Below, one piece after another: positions 53,718 to 64,000 of a DNA stretch of 64,000 nucleotides. The DNA is from Podarcis liolepis. Taxonomy: Eukaryota. Each line of letters starts with the position of its first letter. The stretch's first letter is position 1. A model generated the notes under the pieces. That model searched no databases. It saw only the letters and a list, made by a program, of their open reading frames with translations, and had not been told where the DNA came from. Made by a program: the position numbers and the translations under genes. The stretch is taken from the NCBI GenBank assembly GCA_965112155.1, contig OZ218099.1. One strand, given 5' to 3'.

Positions 53718-55512
53718 TACTGAAAATGTTCCCACAACACATGTGCCACCATATTGCATATACTAGTGGTCAGTTGTAGAAGGCACTTAAAAGTTCAGTG
53801 TGTGAATTGTGTGATCAGACACTACACCACTTAAATTAATGTGATGGCAAGTATATGCCATCCTTGGATTTCAATATGCAACTAAGGATGCAATCCTATA
53901 CACACTTGCCTGGGAAATAAGTCCAATTATTGGCCTCCCTTTCTCAATTCTAAAGAAGTCTACTTCTTGCCTGAGACCGCAGCAGAAGCAAATGACGCAC
54001 TAGGCAGCAAATGGTTCTCTAAACTATGCTGATATATATTTTTCTGCAATGAATTTTGCTCTCAAAAGTGACCATTTTAATTTCATAGCCTCCAGTCCCT
54101 GAACCCTGCATGGAGAAAAAAGGCCCTTCATATACAGCTCAGCTCTTAAGAGAACACACAGTCCTTAGACTTTCAAGAAAAAAATGATTAGTTTTATTCC
54201 AATCCTGATATAGCTGGTGATATATTTATAGCTGTAACAAAACATTTCATCTCTGTATCGAATTTTCAGGGTCTGAAATAGCATCCCGTTTTTCCACTGG
54301 GAAAAATATACAGAGCTCAAAAGAGTAGTTCACTGGCTTGACAGTATTGATGTTTCACTGATATAGGTCGGAGTAAATAAAACACAATCAGTATTTAAAT
54401 GAGTTCAATAGAGCTAAGCTATACACTTACAATTAAATTAGGCATGGGTGCCAGCTCATGACATTTTGCTGTCGGAAAGAAGAGCCAAAATAACACAGTT
54501 TCCGCTGCACCCTACTAGGCTCGACATTTTAAAAAAAAGACTGGTTGCACCACTCAGACACCAGTACCTGCCTTCATCTTCCACTTATGGTGCCACCTGA
54601 ATATGTCAGTTTTCATTTATTTCTGATTCTCCCTTTTCCAAGTTTAACTTAAATTTTTCATGTTTTCACATCAGCTAGCATTTTTTAAAAGTCCTCATGG
54701 GAATTCACCAATATTTTAATACAAGTTTATCCTACTACACATTTGTATATAGTATGTTGGGCAGGTAGTTTATATGATGCATCTTGGGACTCAGCTACAC
54801 TAGTCAAATACATTGTTATAACTGCATTATAAACATGTGGCACCAGATGGTGCTGTAGAGCAATAATCTGTTGCCAATGGGATTTTCAATAATGAGCTCT
54901 TATGTTTCTTTCTGTAGTGTTTCATCTGTATAGATCCAGCCCAGGTATGTTATTTTTACCATAATATTCATTTTAATGCACACTTTTACCCTAGTATGTG
55001 CCTTGTTGTGCACACCAGTTGACTGGAGAACAAAAATTTGGAGAAGCATGGATTTTGAAAGAGGGTTGCATTTCAGTTTGAGTATTTCTCTAGGAAGTGT
55101 GAGTTAGGTAGGTTCGTCTTTAAATGTGAACTGAACCAAATTTACCCCCCCCCCCACCACTGCACCTGAGGCAGCTTATTTCTCCCTCCTGAATAGGCGA
55201 CCTGACTCTGACTGTGTACTTAGTTCACTGCCAAACAGGGATGTACCTAGGGGTTGGTGAAACTGGCCCCCATAGGGGGCACAAAAATCACCCCAGAAAT
55301 CTGAGTAAAGTTGCTGGTTTAGACAAGAACTGGGAGCTGAGCAGTAGGAAAAATGGAAAGCCAGTATGAAGGTAGACCACTAGAGAGTATGGATTATATG
55401 ATGTATGTGTGTGTGGAAATGCACCACCACTGTTGTGGTGAGATCAAAAGCTGTCCATCCATATCATACCATGGCACAAAGAAGTGTGATTATTATTTTT
55501 TACCCTTCCTCC

Positions 55513-55816
55513 CATTGGCGGAGGAACCCTCTCAGGCACCCGGGGCGGGACGCCAAGGGGTGGGGTGAACTGCCTGGTGGCACTTGTGCGACGTCCCTAT
55601 GGACTGCGCATGTGCAGAAGCCCATACGGATGCCAGTATGGACGCCGTGCGCAAGCAGCAGCAGTATGGTCACCGCACGAGCGGCGCCCATACTGACTGC
55701 ACACACAGCCTCGGCCGCTCTACAGCTGGGGGGAGGCAGCGGGCCATCTTGTCACCCCCCAAAGTGGTACGTGGGGTGGACCGCCCCCTTGGCCTCCCCT
55801 CCTTCGTACACCCCTG
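55513..55816. mobile_element. CpG-rich hAT-like MITE
   Basis: Perfect 8-bp TSD CTTCCTCC at 55505-55512 and 55817-55824. Imperfect termini CATTGGCGGAGGAA / TTCGTACACCCCTG. Confidence 0.75.
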
Positions 55817-56771
55817 CTTCCTCCTCACCTCACCCTCAATTGGGTTGTGTAAAATGTAGTGATTTCTAATGTGGCTATTGTGGTAAAGTGATTTTTCAGG
55901 GGGCCACTGATACAGCTCTTTGTCAAAGGTGCAAGGGACCCGAGGTACACCTCTGCTGCCAAACAGTAACGGGCATCCTTTGCACCTTTTGAAAATGAAG
56001 CCAAAGAATATTGTGTGATGATAGAGTGCAGCTTCCCTGCCTTCAGTGTATCCAGGTGACATCATGAAGATATACAATTCCCTCACTCTTCATGACCAAT
56101 GCCACCCCTTGCCTGGTTGCAGTGACAATTTCAATATTGACATGACTTCATAGCCAGGGAGACTACAGCACGCAAGGGCTCAGCAATGTTCTCCTAAACA
56201 GAGTATACCCTGGGGAAGATTTGGATGGAGACTTTTCACCGCTCTGTGATGCAAGCTTGGATGGGAACATTTCAGACAACCTTACTCAACACTTACAGTG
56301 GACAGCAACAGTCTAATTAGCCAAAATCAGATTCATAGCAAAGAACAATTCTAAATGGGGATTTGCTCCAAATCCTTCTTGCCATGAAGAAGCAGTAGCA
56401 GCTTTTTCATCAACTGTCAAGGGAGGAGGCCCCACAGTCTCTAGGTTCAACTGTTCTCTTAGAAAGGCCTTCCAAGAAATTCAATAGTACCACGCTGTAC
56501 TGCAAAATACATTGCTTTTTGTCCTAGGTCAAGCAGTTTCCCAAGTTAAACCAAGAAAGTTGTGTTTAAAATAAGACTATCTCCTTAATTCCCAACATAC
56601 TCACAGCCCACTGTTGTTTGTACTCAGCTTTCATCACCCTGAGACATTGCCTGCAAACTCAGATACTTCATTTCTTTTTGGAATGTAGAAATGTATTCTA
56701 GGCATTATTTGTGACTATCAGTTCAGCATGAAGGCTGTAGTTCTGTGGGCAATAGTTTGCATGTCAGAAAA

Positions 56772-56883
56772 AACTTTCCTTCCAGTAGCACCTTAAAGAC
56801 CAACCTGTTGGTCTTTAAGGTGCTACTGGAAGGATTTTTTTTATTTTGACTATAGCAGACCAACACGGCTACCTATCTGTAAC
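56772..56883 (+). mobile_element. Short fold-back Penelope-like element (copy 3)
   Basis: 28-bp perfect inverted arms 56777-56804 and 56807-56834. Same terminus (...CAACACGGCTACCTATCTGTAAC) as the other copies. CAGAAAA duplicated at 56765-56771 and 56884-56890. Confidence 0.7.
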
Positions 56884-56892
56884 CAGAAAATA

Positions 56893-57061
56893 CCGTATTT
56901 TTCGCTCTATAACACGCACCCGACCATAACACGCACGTAGTTTTTAGAGGAGGAAAATCCGTAGGCATGCCACCCGTAGGCATTTCCTCCATAACACACA
57001 CAGACATTTCCCCTTACTTTTTAGGAGGAAAAAAGTGAGTGTTATGGTGCAAAAAATACGG
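56893..57061. mobile_element. Tc1/mariner MITE
   Basis: TA-CCGTATTTTT...AAAAATACGG-TA, with internal ATAACAC(G/A)CAC repeats. Confidence 0.85.
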
Positions 57062-57204
57062 TACTTTGTAACTGTAATGCAGAGGTAGCCACCATGATGC
57101 CCTCCAGATTTTGCTGTGCTGTGACTCCTAACAACCCCCACTATTGACCACTCTGACTGGAGATGGAGTCCATGATCATTTGGAGGGCACCATGTTGTAA
57201 GAAA

Positions 57205-57580
57205 CGTGGGGATGCAGGTGGCGCTGGGACTCGGGTGGCACTGTGGGTTAAACCACAGAGCCTAGGACTTGCCAATCAGAAGGTCAGCGGTTCGAATTCC
57301 CACGACAGGGTGAGCTCCCGTTGCTCGGTCCCAGCGCCTGCCAACCTAGCACTTCAAAAGCATGTCAAAGTGCAAGTAGATAAATAGGTACCGCTCCGGT
57401 GGGAAGGTAAACAGCATTTCCGTGTGCTGCTCTGGTTCGCCAGAAGCGGCTTAGTCATGCTGGCCACATGACCTGGAAGCTGTACACCGGCTCCCTTGGC
57501 CAATAAAACGAGATGAGCGCCGCAACCCCAGAGTCGGTCATGACTGGACCTAATGGTCAGGGGTCCCTTTACCTTTACCT
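57205..57580 (+). mobile_element. Sauria SINE, full length
   Basis: tRNA-like head with A box (TGGCACTGTGG) and B box (GGTTCGAATTCC), (ACCTTT)n tail, and 13-bp TSD ATGTTGTAAGAAA at 57192-57204 and 57581-57593. Confidence 0.95.
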
Positions 57581-58578
57581 ATGTTGTAAGAAAAGTTCAG
57601 CCATGCCATACAGGTCCCATGAGGCCTGTACAATTTCATTCCTTGGAGATTTTTTCAGTCAAAAATTGGAAAGAGATCTGTTGGGAATGCATTGACATTT
57701 TAGAGCACGGAAGAGGATTTCATGAACCAGTGGGTCCTGCTATTTTGATTGGTTGCTATTTATTACTTTGCCAATTAGCTTTTTTTTTTTAAAGAATAAT
57801 ACATGTGCATTAGGTTTATAGGATAAAGTCCAGTCAAGGAGCAGAAATCAACTAAGCATACGGAGTTCTTTATCTAAGAACTCAACTTTTTTTTCTTTGC
57901 AAAAGAGGCTCATCTGCTTCTGCTCCAATATTTTGTTTGCTTTGAGAGGTAGTCACTAGGGCTGCAAACCCAAGAGCCACAGCTTAGCAGAGTAGCTCCA
58001 TCCAATTGGAAGTGATGGGCAATGTCCCATATTCTTCCTTTGCCTTGTGCTTTTGCGGGCATCTGGCAATAGGCACACAGGGAACCATGTGCTGCTCATA
58101 TCTACATTTTCAGGAAAGCCTGCAGCTGAGCACTGTTCCCCAAGGCCCTCGTGAACTTATCCTTCCATCTGTCCTGCATGAGCAGGATGACACGGGGAGC
58201 GTTCTTCTAGCATCATACTCCTTTGCTCTGCCTTCTAGAATACTTCAGAGTATGAAGCTGAGGAAAGAAATGAGCGTGATCTTACTGACACAAGGAAATC
58301 TGTCCATCGTCACAGTCTGGAAGGAAGAGAACGTGTGCAGCTCATTGGGAAGGACTGAGCACAGAAAACGAATGTGCACTTTTCTTTTCCCTTCATGATT
58401 AAATGGCGATTAAATTCCTGATTTAGTATCTGACTTTTTAACAGTGGCATCTAAACAAAAGACCTCTCGTTCTATATAAAGTACAATTAATTTCTGATAA
58501 GGGATTATGTTTTTGTGGCCATTCAAGCTCCTTTCATTCAAGTGCCTACAACATAATGGCATTGCCCACAGTGTAGTG

Positions 58579-58835
58579 AAGAAGAAGAAGAGAAGAAGAG
58601 TTTGGATTTGATATCCCGCTTTATCACTCCCCTTCAGGAGTCTCAAAGCGGCTAACATTCTCCTGTCCCTTCCTCCCCCACAACAAACACTCTGTGAGGT
58701 GAGTGGGGCTAAGAGACTTCAGAGAAGTGTGACTGGCCCAAGGTCACCCAGCAGCTGCATGTGGAGGAGCGGAGACGTGAACCCAGTTCACCAGATTACA
58801 AGTCTATCGCTCTTAACCACTACACCACACTGGCT
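58579..58835 (-). mobile_element. tRNA-derived squamate SINE (Squam3-like) with (TTC)n tail
   Basis: Minus strand begins GCCAGTGTGGTGTAGTGGTTAAGAGC (A box), has a B-box-like GGTTCACGTCTCC and a CORE-like GTGACCTTGGGCCAGTCAC, and ends in a TTC repeat. Confidence 0.8.
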
Positions 58836-59009
58836 CTAGTGCTGCAGCTTAACATGTTGATCTGTGTGGCTGTGATGTATACAAGACCTGCAATGCATTT
58901 ATAACTTGTTCTTCAGAAACTTGTATATGCTCAAAGAATAGCACTCTATCAACCTATAGGCAGTACTTGAAGTATAGCCCATCTCATCTTTAGGGCTTGG
59001 GGTAATGAT

Positions 59010-59295
59010 CCACAGAATCATAAAACTGTAGAGTCATCAGGGACCCTGAGACTCTTCTAGTCCAATTCCCTGCAATACAGGAATCTCAACTAAATCATAC
59101 ATGGCAAAACTCTGCTTAAAAAGCTCCAAGGAAGGAGAGTCCACACCTCTCATGGGAGTCTGTTCTACTGTAAAACAGCTCTTACTCAGAATCTCCTATC
59201 CTGTAAGTCGAATCCATTGGTTTGGGTCCTAGCTTCTGGAGCAGGAGAAAACATGCTTGCTCCATCCCGCATGTGACAGCCCTAACAGATATTGC
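59010..59295 (-). mobile_element. CR1-type LINE 3' fragment
   Basis: AGGGACCCTGAG...TCTAGTCCAA.TCCCTGCAAT.CAGGAATCTCA motif, also present at 42885-42940. Resembles CR1 3' ends in reverse orientation. Confidence 0.6.
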
Positions 59296-59707
59296 GGTCT
59301 CCAGCCAAAGTCAATTGGGATTCTATAGGTCCATAAATAGTGGCCACCAATCAATGGCTAGATAGTGAAGATTCTGGAATACAGGAGTTAGATTATGATG
59401 ATGAGAATTTGTAAACCACCCTATACCAATAGATCTCAGGGTGGTTCCCAATCCAAAATTACAATATAAAAAACACAAGATACATAATAAAAATAAGAAC
59501 AAAGACAACTCAATACAACCCCCTTCCACAACACATCTGAAAGGGCATCAGATGTCAATTAGTCAAAGGCCTGGTTAAAGAGGAACGCTTTTGCCTGGCA
59601 CCTAAAGGTGTATAATGAAGGGATCAGATGAAATTTACTACTCCAGGTGATGTAGTAAATCAAGAATTTTTGGCAACCACAATTTCACAACAGGTAATAT
59701 AATAATC

Positions 59708-60076
59708 TGGGACACGGGTGGCGCTGTGGGTAAAACCTCAGTGCCTAGGACTTGCTGATCGTAAGGTTGGCAGTTCGAATCTCCGCGGCGGGGTGAGCTC
59801 CCGTCTTTCGGTCCCAGCTCCTGCCCACCTAGCAGTTTGAAAGCACCCCTAAGTGCAAGTAGATAAATAGGTACCGCTTTATAGCGGGAAGGTAAGCGGC
59901 GTTTCCGTGTGCTGTGCTGGTGCTGGCTCGCCAGAGCAGCTTCTTCACGCTGGCCACGTGACGCGGAAGTGTCTTTGGACGGCGACGGCTCCCGGCCTCA
60001 TGAGCAAGATGAGCGTGCAACCCTAGAGTCGGTCACGACTGGCCCGTACGGGCAGGGGTACCTTTACCTTTACCTT
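59708..60076 (+). mobile_element. Sauria SINE, full length, different subfamily
   Basis: A and B boxes, (ACCTTT)n tail, and 13-bp TSD TAATATAATAATC at 59695-59707 and 60077-60089. Confidence 0.95.
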
Positions 60077-62571
60077 TAATATAATAATCATGCTTAAACC
60101 ATCATCATGATTGTCCATCACACAGACCCCAGCCATGGAAAAGAATTTGAGTATTAGCATGGAGACTACATAAGTCAGATGAGGAGGAGAAAAAAAGACA
60201 ATCCACTGTAGCCTTATGAGTAAAGTGTGCCTTTCAAGATATTTCCTCCCAACAAAAATGGCAAGTCTCATGGCATCTTGCTATGAAAAGTACCCTAATC
60301 AACCCAATCATAGGGACATGAATGGAGACTGAGAGTCAGGAACCCACAGAACATAGGTATCTCATGAGTGTGAAACCCAGTGGGCTGAAATAATGATTAT
60401 TAGTACTATTACTAATAATTAAATTTATAAAGCACCCTTAAGTAAAAGACCATAGGGCAGTTGGCAACATAGAACATAACAAAAAATGCCAATATACAAC
60501 ACCATATCTATGCAATACAAAAATAAATACAAAAATAAGCCAGTTATAGAAACACAATTCTACTAATAAAAACTTGATAAAATGCAGATTCTCATAACAT
60601 GAGTTATTACCTAATAATCTCAGGTACAATTATAATATATATCCAATGGTCATAGTTTAAAAGTAGGGACTGGAAAATCAGCAGCAGGATATCTAAAGTA
60701 CAAAAGCCGTGCAAAAGAACACAATTATGAAGCTCTTAATTTCTACCCCTCGCAGAAAAGGACAGATTCACCCAGCTCTCACCTGGGAACTTTCCTTCTC
60801 TGTCCCAGACTCTTACCCTGGAATAACTTCACTACCCTGCCTCGCACTCAGGGCCCTTCCACCACCGACCCACCACAGTCATGTTGGTGCTGTCCTTGGC
60901 TTCAGTGGCATCCCAGAAGGGGAGACACCCAAGGCTAAAACCTTGTGGTGTTTCCCCCTTGAGGAGACTCCCACCAGCATTGGCTTCTCACTGGGCAGCC
61001 CACTGCCTGCCTACTAAACAAAGACATACAGATCAAATGCCACAAAAGAACCTCACCATCATTTCACATTGTCTCAAACACTATCAAGCATTCTTGATAG
61101 ATAGCTAATCTATCAAATATCCAGCAATCAAGTTATGACAAATCATGTGCTGTAGTTGCTTATGTAAACCACCAGCTCCCTTGCCTCAAGTGTTCTTCCC
61201 CAAACAGTATAAACCTTATGTCAAGGTGCCTAAACTTTGGCTCTCCTGATGCTGGTGGACTATACCTCACTTCATTCCTGACTATTGGCCATACCAGCTG
61301 GGGCTAAAGAGAGGCTAACAACTTCTGGAGTGTCATGGGCGAGCTACTCCTACTTTATGCAAACCCCCTTTAACTGCCTGACAGTAGAATCCTATATGCA
61401 CACTCCGCAAAGTTCAATGGGATTTACTCCTGGATAACTGAGTATAGGATTTCAGTCTGAATTAGCTCAAGAGTGACAGTAGGATCAAAGTCAAAGAAGA
61501 CCTTCACTTCACGAGTCCTGCATTCAATTGATACATCTCTCTGCTAGATAACCCACCATTGCAAAGTACCTCAAAACTCTCAGGAAAACGTTTCATCCCA
61601 AGCTATTACCTGTGGTTGCTAGGCTCTGTAGTGAGTGAAATTGGTGCCTATTATGCCTCAGCATTAAGATACCATTCACTGAAGGAAGCCTTATTCAAGC
61701 CTAAGTGTGGCAAGGATGTTCTTCTATCTTGGTGGGAGCAGTAAAGCAAATTGGAAAGCAGATGGAAAACCACCAGCCACCCAAGTGCACAGGGGGGGAA
61801 GAGTTAACACAGAGAGCAGCCAGCAATCAATTGCTGCGCCCAGCCATGCTATTTGTGCCAATACTCAACTCTCCAGGAAATAAAAAGCACAATATTTCTC
61901 ACATAAAAATGTCTGCTAAAACAGAGCAGTTTCTTTTTCTGAATCACCCTCCAGCTACATGACATTTATTTGCAAGGCAATGTCTGCTGAGAGACAAACA
62001 ATTATTTTTCTTTTTTAATCTGTAAAAAAGAATCTACATTAAGAGAAAGTTATTGATTTGCAAGATTTGGTAAAATGCATTTCAGAAATCTCTCTCTCCC
62101 TCCCCCTGTCTCTCTCTCCCTTCTCCATCTCTGACCATGGTAGTTGGGTGAGATTTTAATAACTGCTTTCAGTACATCATGTCCAATATATCGAGCACAT
62201 GAAATCTTGTTTATTTCATGCATTTCTCTCAGGTTGGACCCAAAGTACAAGATGGGGGAGAACCCACAAATTATCCTTATCCTTAGCAAACTGCATTCTG
62301 TCCCAGCAAGATTCACTGGGCTAAAAAAGACTCCCGACCCACTCCAGGACCACAGCAAGCCTCCCCAGGAAATGTGCCCCACTCCTGCCCTGGAGCACTC
62401 TCTAAGATGGTAACAGCATGTTAAATAGATTCTCAGGTACCCCCACTGCTGAAAGCCAAAGAAATTTGCCTATGAGGGATATCAGCAATCATGGCAAGAC
62501 GTAACCCATAGTTCCTGGTGTCAAGGACACTGCTGGGCATGCTTGCAGCAGGATCTGAAGATGCCATAAAG

Positions 62572-62707
62572 CAGGCATCCCCAAACTCGACCTTCCAGAT
62601 GTTTTGGGACTACAACTCCCACCACCCCTAGCTAACAGGACCAGTGGTCAGGGATGATGGGAATTGTAGTCCCCAAACATCTGGAGGGCCGAGTTTGGGG
62701 ATGCCTG
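62572..62707. mobile_element. hAT hairpin MITE (same family as 15584-15719, opposite orientation)
   Basis: TIR CAGGCATCCCCAAACTCG. Perfect 8-bp TSD CCATAAAG at 62564-62571 and 62708-62715. Confidence 0.92.
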
Positions 62708-64000
62708 CCATAAAGTATGGGAAATGTAATTCTCATGGCTTCTACATTTCCCATGGCATTTTTTGCACCTATCTCACATTCTTATCCCACCTTTCAACCA
62801 AGGACCTCAAAGTGGGGGGCTCCAGTTTATCTTCCTCACAACCCTACAAGGTTACAGTGATCTGCCAAGGTCATCGTTGTGAGCTTTGTGGCTGAGTAGG
62901 AGTACAAAGTTTTAGAAACCAAGTAAGTAATTCAAACAGAATAAAAGTCAAGATGGTCTTTCATTGACAAAGGTCTACAAATGTGCTCATCTGTTTATGA
63001 CGTAAAGATCCTAAAATAAGAGTGGTTTGCTAAGCAAGTCGTGCCCAACACATACCGGTAGCTTGCCATTGTATCCTATAAAAGGGGGCCGGTTTTTAAA
63101 GCATAGAAATAAAGAATAAACAAAGCTGAATATTTTCCTGAATTCAAAGCAAATAACTACTTTCCAATATGAGTTATTATATTGCATGTTGTGTGTGGCT
63201 CTTAAATTCTATTTATGTTTTGTCAGTACTGTAAAACAATTTCCCAATTTTCTTCAACCATTCTGTATTTCAGGCCGCCTCCAATGTTCAGCAATGCACA
63301 GCCTCACCTGCTTTTATGAAGTTGGTAGCAACTATAAGTCTACCCATTTTGTTTCTGCTTTTAAATAACAGTGAATTGCTTTGGGATTTTCTGTAAGCTG
63401 ACAATTTGTAATATGTTCTATCTCAGCACTTCCATAAGGTACAACCACTATGAGGTGCCTCTGTGTTAGAAAATGAAATGGATGAAGCTACAGAAATGCC
63501 ACCCCATTTCACCCCATACAAACTGGTATGGACATTCATCTTTACATATTTTTACTTCAACATTTTGTATTCATAAATCCTATATTTCATTTAACGGTTA
63601 CATTTATATCTTGCCTTATCTCTACATAGCCCAAGGCAGCACACACAATTCACCCTCCCATTTTATCCTCACAACAAGCCTGTGAAGTACAATAAGCCAA
63701 GAGATAATGATTGAACCCCAAATCAACCAGTGAGCTTCATTGCAGAGAGAGGATTTTAATCTGGGTCTCCCAGGTAGTCAGAGATTCTTAACCCGTAGAC
63801 TACATTGATTTTAAGAACTATGCTACCATAGCTTTAATGAACATTTTCAGTTATGTGCTACTGATCTTTCTCAGTACAAGACTTTTGCAGAAAGTTTGTG
63901 GTGTATTCTGCCCCACCTCCATACCACAACCAATATAAAAAGTCTGAATGCATTGAACAGTTTTGTAACAAGGTTTTGTACAGCAAAAGTGCTTGAGCCT

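Noticed and set aside
55353-56086. Cluster of overlapping ORFs up to 154 aa and CpG-island-like composition
   Set aside because: Explained by the GC-rich MITE at 55513-55816, which lowers stop-codon frequency.
57208-57305. tRNA-like A and B boxes (also at 59709 and 58835)
   Set aside because: These are SINE heads, not tRNA genes. No cloverleaf is apparent.
40832-64000. Search for the large TRPC7 ankyrin-repeat exon
   Set aside because: No ORF with TRPC ankyrin sequence in any frame. The exon must lie beyond the window, so this intron exceeds 23 kb.

Overview
Eukaryotic (squamate, very likely lacertid lizard) genomic DNA, judged from the Sauria SINE, Bov-B and lizard-type MITE content. The window lies inside a TRPC7 cation-channel gene on the minus strand. 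Six coding exons are present (183, 165, 217, 234, 265 and 196 bp, probably exons 3-8 by analogy with mammalian TRPC3/6/7). All have GT-AG boundaries and splice in frame, covering the post-ankyrin linker through S1-S6. The ankyrin exon and the C-terminal exons are outside the window. The rest is intron rich in transposon relics: five Sauria SINEs, a Bov-B 3' fragment, L2/CR1 tails, many hAT and Tc1/mariner MITEs with target-site duplications (TSDs), and a fossil hAT transposase. Nearly all other ORFs in the six-frame track look spurious. The most notable unexplained structure is a family of three short fold-back elements, inferred to be Penelope-like. One carries a complete minimal type-I hammerhead ribozyme motif (36413-36450) on the TRPC7 pre-mRNA strand, inside the loop of a ~45-bp hairpin. 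A second, unrelated hammerhead-like motif appears to have been split by a MITE insertion (62550-62733). Also notable are a MITE family carrying TTAGGG units and several inverted repeat pairs bracketing the frame-preserving 183-bp exon. No database search or folding computation was run; family names come from recognition.
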